Shown: positions 1 through 12,000 of the stretch, in pieces
Numbering within the stretch: the first letter of the stretch is position 1
Layout: each line of letters opens with the position of its first letter
Assembly: GCF_015840715.1 (NCBI RefSeq)
Contig: NZ_CP060397.1
Span: 1,662,686-1,694,685 of the forward strand
DNA: 32,000 bases
From: Synechococcus sp. CBW1004
GTDB lineage: Bacteria; Cyanobacteriota; Cyanobacteriia; PCC-6307; Cyanobiaceae
Direction of reading: 5' to 3'
Translations under genes and position numbers: made by a program
Notes under the pieces: model-generated
Database searches by the model: none
What the model saw: only the letters and a program-made list of their open reading frames with translations
Told to the model about the DNA's origin: nothing

Positions 1-3000
1 CCAGATCAGGGCCCGACAGGAACAACGCCGGATCGTTGCCGCTGGCCATCAGATCCAGCGTCAGCTGACTGCGCACCTGGGCGTTGGTGCTGCCGTCGGT
101 ATCGAGGGCCAGGCCATTGGGATCCTGGTTGTAGGCCGGTGGGGCGGCGTCCGGCGCGAGCCTCACGGCATCGAGAATCGCCACGCTCTGTCCGCCAGTT
201 GGGGCCGCGTCAGCAGCGCTGCGCTGGGCGATGGCGAAGGACAGGCTGGTGGAGGCATCCCCGGCATTGTTCGCGTCGGCGCGGAAGCTGAGCGTGGCCT
301 TCCGGCTGGAGGGATCGACGGCGAACCCGAAGCCCGACAGCACCGGAAGGCTGCCACGACCATCGGCAGCGGGCTCGAACAACAGATGGCGCTCCTGCAT
401 CTGCCCCAGATCGGGCAGCTCCTCGACCTGAAGCGACAGGCGGGCGCCGCGCAGGCGCTGGAAGGCCTCAGAGTTGATCGGCACCGTGATCTCCTGACGA
501 GCCTCGCCAGGCTTGAAGATCACCAGTCCGGCCACCGGCGTGTAATGACGACCGGCTTCTGCGCTGCTGTTCGCCGGAGTCGAGGCGTAGGCCACCAGCT
601 GACGACTGCTGGTATCGAACCGCTCAACGACGAAGCGGACACGATCGCTGGCGTCGAAGGTCTTGTAGGACAGCAGGCGCAGGCCCCTGCCGAAATCGAC
701 CTCAGAGGAGATGGCGCTGGGAAGCAGTGGGTCGGCAGGCTCGCTGCTCGCCGACGGCTGCGAGGAGAGCGCAGCAGCCGCAGCCTGCGACCTAACAGCA
801 CTGACGTGGCTCGCCAGCCAGGCGTTCTCACCCGAGGGGGTCAGGGCGGTCTCTGAACTGGGAACAGCAACGTAGAGAAGGGCTGCGGTGGTGGAGCCGG
901 AGAAGGCATTCCAGCGCAACCCTGCGTACACCGTGTCACGGGAGGAATCGCGCTGCAGGTCGCCGCTCAGCAGGATGCTGTCAGTGGCGTCAGGCGTGAG
1001 GAAAAGGGTGTGGTTGTTGTTGATCGCATTGATAGCTGCTGCATCAATCTGCAGGGTATTGGCGCCATATCCCTGACTGGAGATCACCTCGATTGAACGC
1101 AACTGATTACCCGGACGAATCGAAAAAGCTGCAGGATTGATCGCAGCCGTGTTGAGACTGAAGTTCCAGTCCTGATTCACCTGCCCTTCGAGCTGGAGGC
1201 TGTCTACGCCGATGCCACCATCAACGCGGCGGAAGCGTGCATCGATGATGCTGATCGCGTCGTTACCGGATCCAGCCAGGATCAGATCACGACCTCCATG
1301 ACTGATGATGACATCGGAACCCTCCAGTGCATAGATCACGTCACCAAGAGGGGTTCCAATCTGCGTGTCATCGGCGGGCGTGCCGATGAGCGTGCCGATA
1401 TCGAGGAAGTCGCCACCAAACAGCGCGTATTGATTATCGAGGCCAAGCGAGGGGTTGCTGGGATCGCTGATCAGCAGATCCTGGAAGCCATCGCCATTTA
1501 TGTCGAGATTGGCATCGATAGAGTATCCAGCCAATGACTGCTGGGCAGCCGGAGCGAGGCTGGGATCGAGCGTGACGGCGTAGGTTTTGTTATCCGCAGA
1601 GACAACCGAAAAAAGGCGGCCACCTACAGTTGCCAACTGAGGGATCCCGGCAAAGCTGGTGGTATTAAACCCGGTGAACGCTTGCCCCGAGGACCAGTTC
1701 AATACAGGAGCGCCGCTGTTATTGGAACGGGTGGCGCTTGCCGTGTACAGCCGTGGGGAAGCCTTTGGAACGTTTGCCGTGAGGTAGAGCTGGGTGGAGG
1801 TGGCAGCCAAGGCCAGGTCCCCACTCGAAGTGGCTGTGGCACTGACAAACTGCACGTTGCCCCAGTTGTTGTCGAGCCAGGGAGTAGCCGTAGGCTGCAT
1901 CGTGATGCCGATGCCGGCTTCCGGATTTTTACTGGTGCCGCTGAAATAGGCCAACACCGTTCGCCCCTGGAAGCGCACGGCACTCAGCTGGCCGGAGCTG
2001 GTCTGCACACCGCCGCTATACAGAACCACACCACTGGTGCCGACAAAAGCGTCATCCGAACCCGCGCTTCCCGCCTGGAGGGAGCTGCCCCAAGACGAGC
2101 CCGTGCTGCCACTGCTCGACTGGGCCTGACTGGAGGGATCGCTGGAGAAGAGATAGTGAATTTTACTATCGGTACCGACAAAGTAGAGGGCCAGATACGA
2201 TCCCTCATTCACAAGCACTGGCGATGACAGGGCCTTCTCACCGTTGAGCGTGCTGACGACCGTCCAGACAGGATCGACAGCCGTGGGATCAGAGCAGTAG
2301 GCAAAGCCGATCACATTGTCTTCGGCACTCTTGCCACTACCAGTTGTGCTGGTGAAGGCAGCGTAAAGCCTGCCCTCGAACCAAGCAAAATTCGAAGCGG
2401 TCTTACCAGAGAGAATTGGCTGACTCCTGAACTGCCAACTGGAGTCAGCAAGCGTCCCGAAGTAATAGCTCCCAGTCAAGCTATTTGTCGAGGGAGCAAA
2501 AATCAGCCCTGAGCCATCGCCTGCCAGGGCCACCATGCCACCACCACCGTTAATTTTCGCACCTGTTGCCAGGGTCGGCGCTGCCGTCAGGCTGCTCGCT
2601 CCCTGGTAGCTCTGGATCCCTTCAAACCAGGTCTGCAGGCTGGGGATGCTGTCGCCGCCGGTGGGATCGTTGTAGGCATAGGTGTAGGGATCGAGCGCTG
2701 CCTTCAGGCCTGGGGTCGTCCAGATCGCTCCACTGCTGCTGCTGCTCAGGCCGGCCTGATTGAGGCTGAACTGGTTGTCGACCACATGGAACAGGGCCCC
2801 ATCCACGAGCACCGACTGGATGAACTGACCAGCGGTCTCCACTGGACTGAGGGCCAGGAAGACATCGTCGCAGCCATTGCCGTTGACATCGCCTGCAGCG
2901 CGGATGCTCCAGACGCCATAGCCGCTGCCGGCGGGGGCATAGGGATTGAGCAGGCCATCGGCGGCGAGGTAATCGGTATAGCCATCGCCATTGAGATCTC

Positions 3001-6000
3001 CATAGCCTGCGGCACTGTTCAGCCCCCCCTGACCAGTACTGGCGGCAGCCGGTTCCGGCAGCATCACGCCACTGGGAAGCAACAGGTTGCTGACCGTGAG
3101 CAGGGAGGCAGGATCGCTCGCCTTGGCCAGCATCTCGGCCTCCGTCACGGGCCATGACGGACTCAGCAGATTGCCTGCCGGGGTGCGCTGGGCAAACGCC
3201 AGTGCGGTCGCCACCTGCAGCGGCTTGGCGGCCGGAGCCGGCGCTCCGGTCGGTCGCAGCTGGGGCGCCTCCGTGCCCAGGGCGGGCGCCTCGAACGCCT
3301 GAATCAGAGCCTGGCTGGCACCCACCTGAACCTGGGCGGCCAGGTCCGTGGGCGTGGGGGCACCGAGCAGCAGCCGAGCCGTGCTGAGCGCCCTGGCGTC
3401 AGGGCCAGTGAACTGGCCGCTGCCGGTGGGGTCGTAGGCCACGTTGGCGGCGGTGACCATCAGATCGTCGTAGCCGTCGCCATTGACATCGCCGACTGCC
3501 TGCAGACTGGATGCGACCTGGCTGGCGCTGAGGCTGGCGGTGTTCGGCGCCCCGAAGAACTGGATCGCTTCCGAGGAGTTGATCCCGGCGGCCACCAGGG
3601 AAGGGGCCCTGGCGCCGGCGGCCTGGCTGTAACCGAGGGCGATCGCTGCGTTGGAGTCAAACGCGGCCAGACTGCCGAAATCAGCCACCCAGTTGGCGCC
3701 ATCACCGCTGCGGAGCAGCTGCGTCTTGTTGCCAGTGGCCGTGTCGGCATAGCTGAGCACGAGGTTCGTCCCATCGCTGGTGAGCGCCAGGCCCAGGCCA
3801 TTCGCCAGCACCGGCGGTGTGGTGCCCTCGTTCAGGGTCGATGGGAATTCCCAGGCAGCACTGCTGTCAACCTGGCTGTCTGGGGTGGTCGTGATGAAGA
3901 TTCTGCTGCTGGGGTTGCTGCTGGTGCCGCCGAAATAGGCGAGGTAGGTCTGGCCATTGAAACGGGTGGCGGCAATCGCGGAGCTGGCCGTCTGGGGGAA
4001 CGTCTGCGTGCCATTGGCATAGTTGATAGCCGTGGTGCTCCAACCGGAACTGCTGGCTGGGGAGGCGCTGTAGGCCTTGAGGATCAGATCGCGGGAATCG
4101 TTGGCGGTGAAGTAAACCGCCAACTTGTCGCCCTCGGTCAACAGCGTGGCCGCGGTGGCCGATTGGCCAGGAATCTGATACTGCGTGACCCAGGATCCAT
4201 TGACATAGCGCGTGATATTGATCAGATTGTTGCCTTCCCCCAGATAGCAGAGATAGAGCTCACCGTTGAACACAGCAATCGAGGGGCTCTTGTAGGTGGT
4301 CATGCCAGACGGCAACGCCTCCCACCCGCTCCAGGTGCTGCCGGCATCGGTGCTTTGGTTCCAGTAGATCCGGTTGTCGGTACCCTGCACCGCGAGGCTG
4401 ATCGTGCTGCCGCTGGTCGCCATGCTTGGCGCCGAGGGGGAAGCACCGCCGATGGCACCGCTCCACACCGGCTGGTTGACGGGATTGGCCACGCCGGCCC
4501 GCTGGCTGAGGCTCTGGCTCTGGCCGGCACCCAGCTCGGCCGTGGTGTTCAGCCAGGTGACGCCACTGCTGGTGCCGATCGCGGTGAGCTCAACCGCATC
4601 GTTGGAAGCGAGGCTGCTGTTGATCAGCAGGGCCCCTTGGTGGAAGAGCGGCGTGGTGGCCAGCTGGGTGTTCAGGCCTGCCACGCTGGCGAAACTCCAG
4701 AATGGCTCTTCGCCGGAGATACTGGCCGCAGCCAGATCCAGAGTTCCCAGCTGCACCGTGCCGGCGTTGGTGGTGTAGGTGAGGGCAGGGCCAGTGCTGG
4801 TGAGCGTCAAGCCCGGCGCCTGGTCTGCGACCCGATCGGCACTGAGCAGCGAGTCCAGACTGGTGTACGCCAGATCACTCGGCGTGGAGGCGATCAGTTC
4901 AACGGTGGGCTGGCCGAGGCTGGCGGCATCTGCGCTGCTGCCGCCATAGGCGAGGATCGTGCGACCGCCGCTGACGACACCGGACAGAGCCGTGAGGCTG
5001 GTGATCGGCTCTCCGGTGGGCGTGGTGATCGCCTGGGGGCTGGTCCAGTTGCCCTGGGGACCGTCGGAAGGGGTGAAGAAGGCCTGCTGGATGGTGCCAG
5101 CCTCCCCCAGCCAATAGAGGGCCAGCCGCGATCCCTCATCCAGGAGCAACGGTGGGGCGCTGGTGGTGAAACCAGGGAGGCGCTGCGGCACACTCCAGCC
5201 ATCAGCCTCACCATCGGGATTGAGGCTGGTGAGGCAGATCGTGCCCGTCGTGGCGTCCACATAGGCCAGCTGCAAGAGGCCATCGAAGTAGGCGATTGAG
5301 GCACCAAGCTTGGTGGCCACACCCGCCTGACTTTCAGTGGTGATGTCAAACCAGGCCTGCCAGGTGTTGCCACCATCACTGCTGCTGTTGATATAGAGAT
5401 TGGTGTTAGCCAGGCCCTTGACGACGCTGTAGAGGGTGTCGCCCACGGCCGTCATCGCCGGGGCCTGATCTGTGAGGCCATCACTGATCTGCTGAGCCAA
5501 CGGTGCGCTGTAAGGATCAACCAGCAGGCCAGCATTCTCGCCCAGCTGGAGAGAGCTGCTGACATCGCCAAACAACAGACCGGTGAGGCTGCCGGCGCCG
5601 GGGGAGTTGTCGCCCGGCACATCCACCTGGCGGAACAGAGCCAGATCGGAAAGGCCATCCCCATTCACATCGCCGGCGGCCAGCACCTGGGTGTCACTGC
5701 TGACACTGAAGCTGATGAAGCTCTTGGCGGCCTGAGCAAGAATGTCCTCGGTGGAGGCCCCCAGCTCAATGCGGATGGTGCTGGTCAGGGCGCCATCCTG
5801 ACGGGAGAAGAAATCCCCATAGCCGTCACCGTTGATATCACCGATGGAACGCAGAGAACCCTGCGCTGTACTGGCCAGGCCCTCGAGAATGAAGCCATTA
5901 TTGCTGGCAAGCTTGTTGAGCTGGAAGCTGCTGATGTCGGCGAGATAATCCTTGCCGTAGGTGATATAGGCACTACCGGCACCACGGGCGCCAAGCAGGA

Positions 6001-9000
6001 TGTCCGGGATACCATTGCCATCCACATCCTTGATGTTGAAACTGCCACGTCCGGTCTCGGCGTTGGCCACGGCATTGGACTCCACCAGCACATCCAGCGC
6101 CAGGCTGCCGGCGTTGTTGCTGACCGAGCCGATGCCGCCCGCACCGATCGTGCCGGTGTAGGGGCCATCGCCAGCGAGAAAGGCATTGGCGTAATCGATG
6201 CTGTCGGTCCCAAACACCAGATAGCCAGCACCCTGGCTGCTGCCGGCATTGGGGGCCTGAATCAGCACATCGTCATAGCCATCGTTGTTGACATCACCAC
6301 TGGCAAGTCCATAGCCGAATTGGTCTGTGGTGTCGTTGCCATAGAGGGTGAGGCCGGCACTGAGATAGGCCAGATACTGGGGGCTGCCGCTGCTCGCATC
6401 GACCAGGGCCGTTGCGGGAAGCTTCTCCGGGGCGATGAAATAGGTGGCGCCCGGCCCACCACTGGTCCCCGCACCGATCACCAGAGTCTTGGTGTTGGTG
6501 TTGTTGGGATCGGCAAAGGCCAGACTGGAGCCGAAGCCAGTAGGGCCGGTGTTCCAGGGCGAGGGTCCATAGAAGGTGGCCGTGGGCTGACTGACGGCAG
6601 ACGCGGCGGCGTAGTAGTAGACCGCACCCACTGCATTGGCGGTAAGACTCTGATCGACGTAGGAAGTGGCTTTGGCGATCGGATCGGTCATCAACGCCTT
6701 GAGCCGCTGCATATAGCCGCTGGCTTCCGCACCGTTGCCCTGGCTGGCGTTGGCGACATCCGCATAGCTGCCACTGCCCGCCGTGGTGTTGAGCGCGGAA
6801 CCAAGCTGCAACTTCAGCAGCGCGCCATCGCCAAAGGATCCTGGGCTGGAGTTGGCGTCCAGCTCGTTCTGCACGACCTGCTTGCCGCTGTACTGGAGCG
6901 CAGCGGTATAGCCACTGGCGGCGATCGCCACCTCGCCGGTCTCCGGCGAGGCCGTGATGGCGCTGCCGAGCTGCTCACCCCAGTAACTGTTGACCGTTTC
7001 GCCGAGGGGATTGAGGGATTTGAGGCTGCCGCCAGTCCCCAGCTGCTGACTGAGGCTGGGGTTTGGGCTGCCGAGAGCCTGAACCTTGGCGTTGAAGCGA
7101 TAGACGGCGCCGATGCTGACCGCCGTGCTGCTATCGCCGTTGACCAGCTGCCGTCGATAGCCAGGCGCACCGATGATCAGATTGGTGCCATCAAAGGCCA
7201 GTGCTGTGCCAAACAGGGCATTGCTGTTGTCGTCACCAGCCGGCAAGCCACCGGCCGCATCAGGTGTGAGCACGGTGACAACATCCCCGAGGTTTTCGGG
7301 ATTGCTGAGATCAAGAATCTCGGGGTTGGTGGCGAGATTTGCCTGGATCCAGCTGCCGTCGATGATATAAACAGTGCCGCCGAGATTGGTATTAGGTGCG
7401 GCAACGATCAACTCATCATGGCCATCGCCGTTGAGGTCCGCTACCAGCATCGTGTTGCCGATGTTGCCGCCCCAGCCAGCGGTGGGATCCGCCTGGATCA
7501 GCAGGCCGCCACCACTGCTGGGGTTGCGGGCATCGTTCAGCAGGGGCAGATTGGGCACCGCATCAGAGAAACTGCTGCGAGCCAGCGCATTCAGCCAGGT
7601 GATCGGTGATTCAGCTGTGCTGGGATTGCCGCTGCTGGGATATTGGCCGGTGTACTGAATCCAGATCCGGCCGGCCGGATTGCTGCCGGCTGTGGGGGTG
7701 AAGGGCTGGGCAATCGCCAGCCAGCCGGAAGGGGTACTGGTGTCGCTGTTGAAGCGTCCGGCCATGGTGGAGTAGCCGAATCCCTGGATCGGCGTGGGCA
7801 GAGCGGGATTGGAAGCTGATGGCACACTCTGGCGTTGGATCACAACGCCGCTGTCGATGTACTGCAGCTGACTGGTGGCCTGCTCAAGCACATCGGCTGT
7901 GGCGATGGCTCTCGGGAAGAAGGACTTTTTCTGCAGCGCGGATGGATTGAGTTGCTGCCGCACCGGCAGCAACCGCGAAGGCGTCACCGTGCCCGACAAC
8001 ACCGTGGGTGGAGGGGTGGTACTGGTGAGGTTGGGCGCGAAGTTGAGGTTGTAGCGAACGGCATAAGCGTTGCCTGATTGCCGCTGCTGCAACGCCAGCT
8101 CCTCGCTGAGGGGAACCAGCAGGTTGAGTTCCGGAGTATTGCTGAGGAAGGTGTAGCTGAGGTTGGTGTCGCTGCCGGCGGGCTGCAGCTGCTGCAGGGT
8201 GCTGTTGCCCAGCAGGATCTGGTCGGGAGCCAGGTTGAAGGCGCTGCCAACGGGCGTGAAGGCACCGTTGACCACCGTGCCGTACTGGGCGGTGACCGAA
8301 GCGAGAGTGCGCTGGGCAGGGTTGAAACTGCTCCAGTCGTCGCCGGAGACCGTCACGATCGCCAGATCTTCAGCCAGCGTTGGCCGCGTGGCACTGGGCA
8401 GGGTGGCGATGGGGGCGGCCTGCAGGTTGAGGGGCCGGGCCTGCGTCCAGACCGCATCACCACTGGCATCCGTGGCGTAGGTGGCGGTGAAGGTGGCATT
8501 TTCAGCGCCGTTTGGATCCACACTGCGTGCCTGCCAGTGTTGATTGATCGCGCCGATCTCAACACCGGGATTCTGATTAAGCTGGGCGATGTCGTAGCCC
8601 AGTGCCTGCACCAGCTCCACAGCCTCCCGCCCGGACATCATCGGCCAGGGATTCTGGGGATCGAAAACGGCTGGCTTGGCTTCCACCGCCGTCAAGGCAG
8701 TGGTGTAGAAAGCCACTTCATCGATGCTGCCACCGGCATTTCCATAGAGAAGCAGGGCTGATTCGGCCTCCGTGGTGGGGGAGAACACATCATCGATCGA
8801 CAGCGGCGCGGCTGCAGCCTTGCCGTCGATGTAGAGCGAAGCCGTACCGGTGAGCAGCGGAACCTGATATTGCCTGTCAGCTATCGTTGCCAGGGCATAG
8901 TCTGGCAGGTAGGTGGCAACGACATAGTGCCAGTTACCATCATTGATGGCGGCGTCACTGAGCAGGCTGGAAGCGGCCCCCACATCAAAGACAAGCTTGC

Positions 9001-12000
9001 CGCTGGCGTTGATGGAAACGGCCGTGGATTGATTGAGCTGGAAGTTGAGCGCGTAGGCCGCGTATTGTTCCTGGGCGGTGGCGGATGGGGTCGAAGCAGA
9101 AGGCGCGGAGCTACTGGCAGGATCAAGGGTGAAGTTCACCTTGGGCTTGCCATAACTCTGCTGATAAGCCCACAGATTGGCGAACAGACTTTGAAGATTG
9201 GCGTTGTCTGTCCAGCTGCTGCTGTCGGCAGTGACCACGCCGGAGTTGATCAGGGCCGAACTGGTGTCAACAGCAATGGCATTGAGGCTGGAGCTGGGAT
9301 TGCCATCGACGAGGGCGGTGTTGAACTGCAGCTCTGTGACTGGCACTGTGGCCAGAAGGCTGGCACTGACCCCGGAGCTCCCCGTCAGCACATCGCTGCT
9401 GAGGCCGTAGCTGGCCAGAAACTGGGCCATGCCGGGCAGGGCATTGCCAGCCACCAGGTTGGTGATGCTGAGAGCGTTGCTGTAAAGGTTGCTGCCGCCA
9501 GGATTACTGGCGCCGCTGGCGGTGCTGTTGGCGCCATCAGCCACCAGGCCCCAGATGTAGCCATAGAGGTCGTTTTCCTGACCGCTGGGGATGGCGCTGC
9601 TGGCGATCAGTCCCTGGGCGGCGGCCTGGGCCCAGGTGAGCTGCTCCACCACAAAGCTCGAGGTGAGCGACCAACCCTGGGGCAGCACGGCGGCGCCCAC
9701 GGCTGCTTCGGAGGGTTGCCCCAGCGCCAGCAAGCCTGCGCCCTCGGGGTTCGTGCCGGCGGGGGCCTTGACCCAGAACTCCAGGCTGTAGGGACTGCGG
9801 GGCAGGGCTTGGCCGGCTGTGGTGCTGGGCACGCCGGACTGGGCCGCCAGTGCCTGCTCATAGCCGTTGAGGGAGCCCACGCCGATGCTGAGCACACCGG
9901 TGCCATCGCTGTTCTGCACGGCGGCATCACTGTTGATCTGCAGGGCGCCGGCGACGCCGAATTGCAGACCGGTGCTGGAGGCGCTGGTGAGAGTCAGGGG
10001 GGAATTGGCGAGGTTGCCGAGGTTGTTGTTGCTCAGTCCGGGCCCCTCCAGATTCAAGGGGTCGTAGACGACGGGGCTGCTGTTGAGCACCGACTGCTGG
10101 TAGGGCGTGGCGACGTACTGGCTCCAGCTCAGCGAGGGCGTCTGCACCAGACTGCCGTCGGCCGCCAGGCTCCAATGGGAGCTGAGGTTGAGATCGGTGA
10201 CGCCCAGCCCCACCTCGGTGCTCGGATCCCAGGGCACCTCCTGGGGGGTGGAGAAGCGGCCGCTCAGGGGGTCGAACAGGGCGGATTTGATCACCGTGGG
10301 GATGAAGCCGTTCTGCAGGCTGGAGAGCTGGGGCTTCAGCCCCTGCATGGCCTCAATCGAGGTTTCCGTCCACACCATCAGCACTTTGGGGATGCCGGAG
10401 CCCACGGGGGTGGTGTCGACCACCTGGAGGTTCTGGATGATCGCGCCGTCAGCGGCGATGTAGTAGAGCGGATTGGTCTCCCACTCGCCGCGCCGATTTT
10501 TGTAAGAGTAGGCAATTCGCTGATTGCTGTAGACATCCCCGATAAATGACTGATAGCTCTCCAGGCCATTGGCCCCTGAATAGGGTATGGCGCGTTGCAC
10601 AACCCCTTGGCTGGTGAGATTTTCCACCCAGGCCACCAGTGGCTCCCCGGTACTGCTCACCTGAGTGGAAACCGGCTGACTGGCGAGGGAGAACTCCGGC
10701 AGGGTGGATTGATAGCCATCCACCGGCAACACGGCGCGGTTGTTGGTCACACCCCAATACGCTGGCTGCGTTGGGGTGGCCGCCATCCAGCTGATGGCAT
10801 TGAGGTAGGTGCTGTTGCCATCGGAATCGCGGTAGACAACGCGGCTCTGCAGCGGCAGCGCCTGCTGATTGGCATACAGGGGAGCGCTGTCGGTGTTGCC
10901 CGCAGCGATGTAGACGCCGGCGCCGGTGGGCTCGCTGCCAGGGGCGAAGGCCTGGGCAGAAAAGCTGCCGTCATCAACAAAGTTGTTGTAACTGGCGCTG
11001 GATGGTGTGAGGCTGAGGCTGGCGGCAGCCGTAGGCAACACACCCTCAGGAAGCTGCAGATCAAGGCTGTAGCCAGCCGCACTAGCCACGGCCGTGGTGT
11101 AGAACGGCTGATCAAGGATCACCTTCTGGATCTTGCCGCCCACCAGCACCACCGTGGCGTAGGTGCTGGTGGCACCCTGCAGATCGGTGATAGGCCCTGA
11201 ACCATCGGCCGCAGATATCGTGCACAGCACTCGGCTGTAGGTGTAGGGGGTGTTGTCACCGGGCACGGGGGCCGTGGCGGTGGCGGTACTGGCATCCCAG
11301 AGGGGATAGCCCGAGCCACCGGAGGCCACCGTGACCTGGCTGAACACGGAGATCGGCGTCTTGCTCAGCTGGGCAGGCGGATCTCCAGCCGGAGGGTTGG
11401 TGGTGACCAGAATGGTGGGCAGCACGACACTGCCCTGGGCCACGGCAGCCGGGTCGGCAAGGCTGGTGCCGGTGGCGGGATTGACGGTGTAGAACTCTGG
11501 CACCAGCACCACTTCGCCAGCGGAGTCGGTGTTGCCGATGGTGCTGTAGGGGGGCAGGTAGAGATAGGTGCCCGTCTTGGTGATCACCACACTGGTGATG
11601 GCGCCACCCGTCACCACGATGCTGGCTTCCGCATAGCTGTTGCTATCCTCCGGCACGACACCCAGCAGGCGCACATTCGTGTAGCTGCCATCATTCAAGC
11701 CACGGCCGCTGCTGCCACTCAGCTGGAACAGTCGGGTGCCGACCAGATCAGTGGGCCCTGCAGACACCACCAACGAATAGAGCGTGCTGACCGTGCTGCT
11801 CAGCGTGGAGGCACCCGCCCCATCACTGGCCGTCGATCCGAGGCTTGGGTTGTAATAGAAAGGCGAAGGGTCCGTGCCTTCGACCGGCTGCGCAGCACCC
11901 ACACCCTCCCCGGCAAGCCCGGGAGACCCTTGCGGCGCCGATGTGGACGGCGGCGCTGGGGTGACGGTGGGATCGCCCGAAGCAGTGTAGCTGGTGGTAT

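Noticed and set aside
4163-10549. Long plus-strand ORFs 4163..5299 (378 aa), 6320..7609 (429 aa) and 8870..10549 (559 aa), plus 10595..11200.
   Set aside because: They are antisense to the giant minus-strand ORF. Their products are Gly/Ala/Arg-rich low-complexity sequence with no motifs. These are typical shadow ORFs in high-GC DNA.
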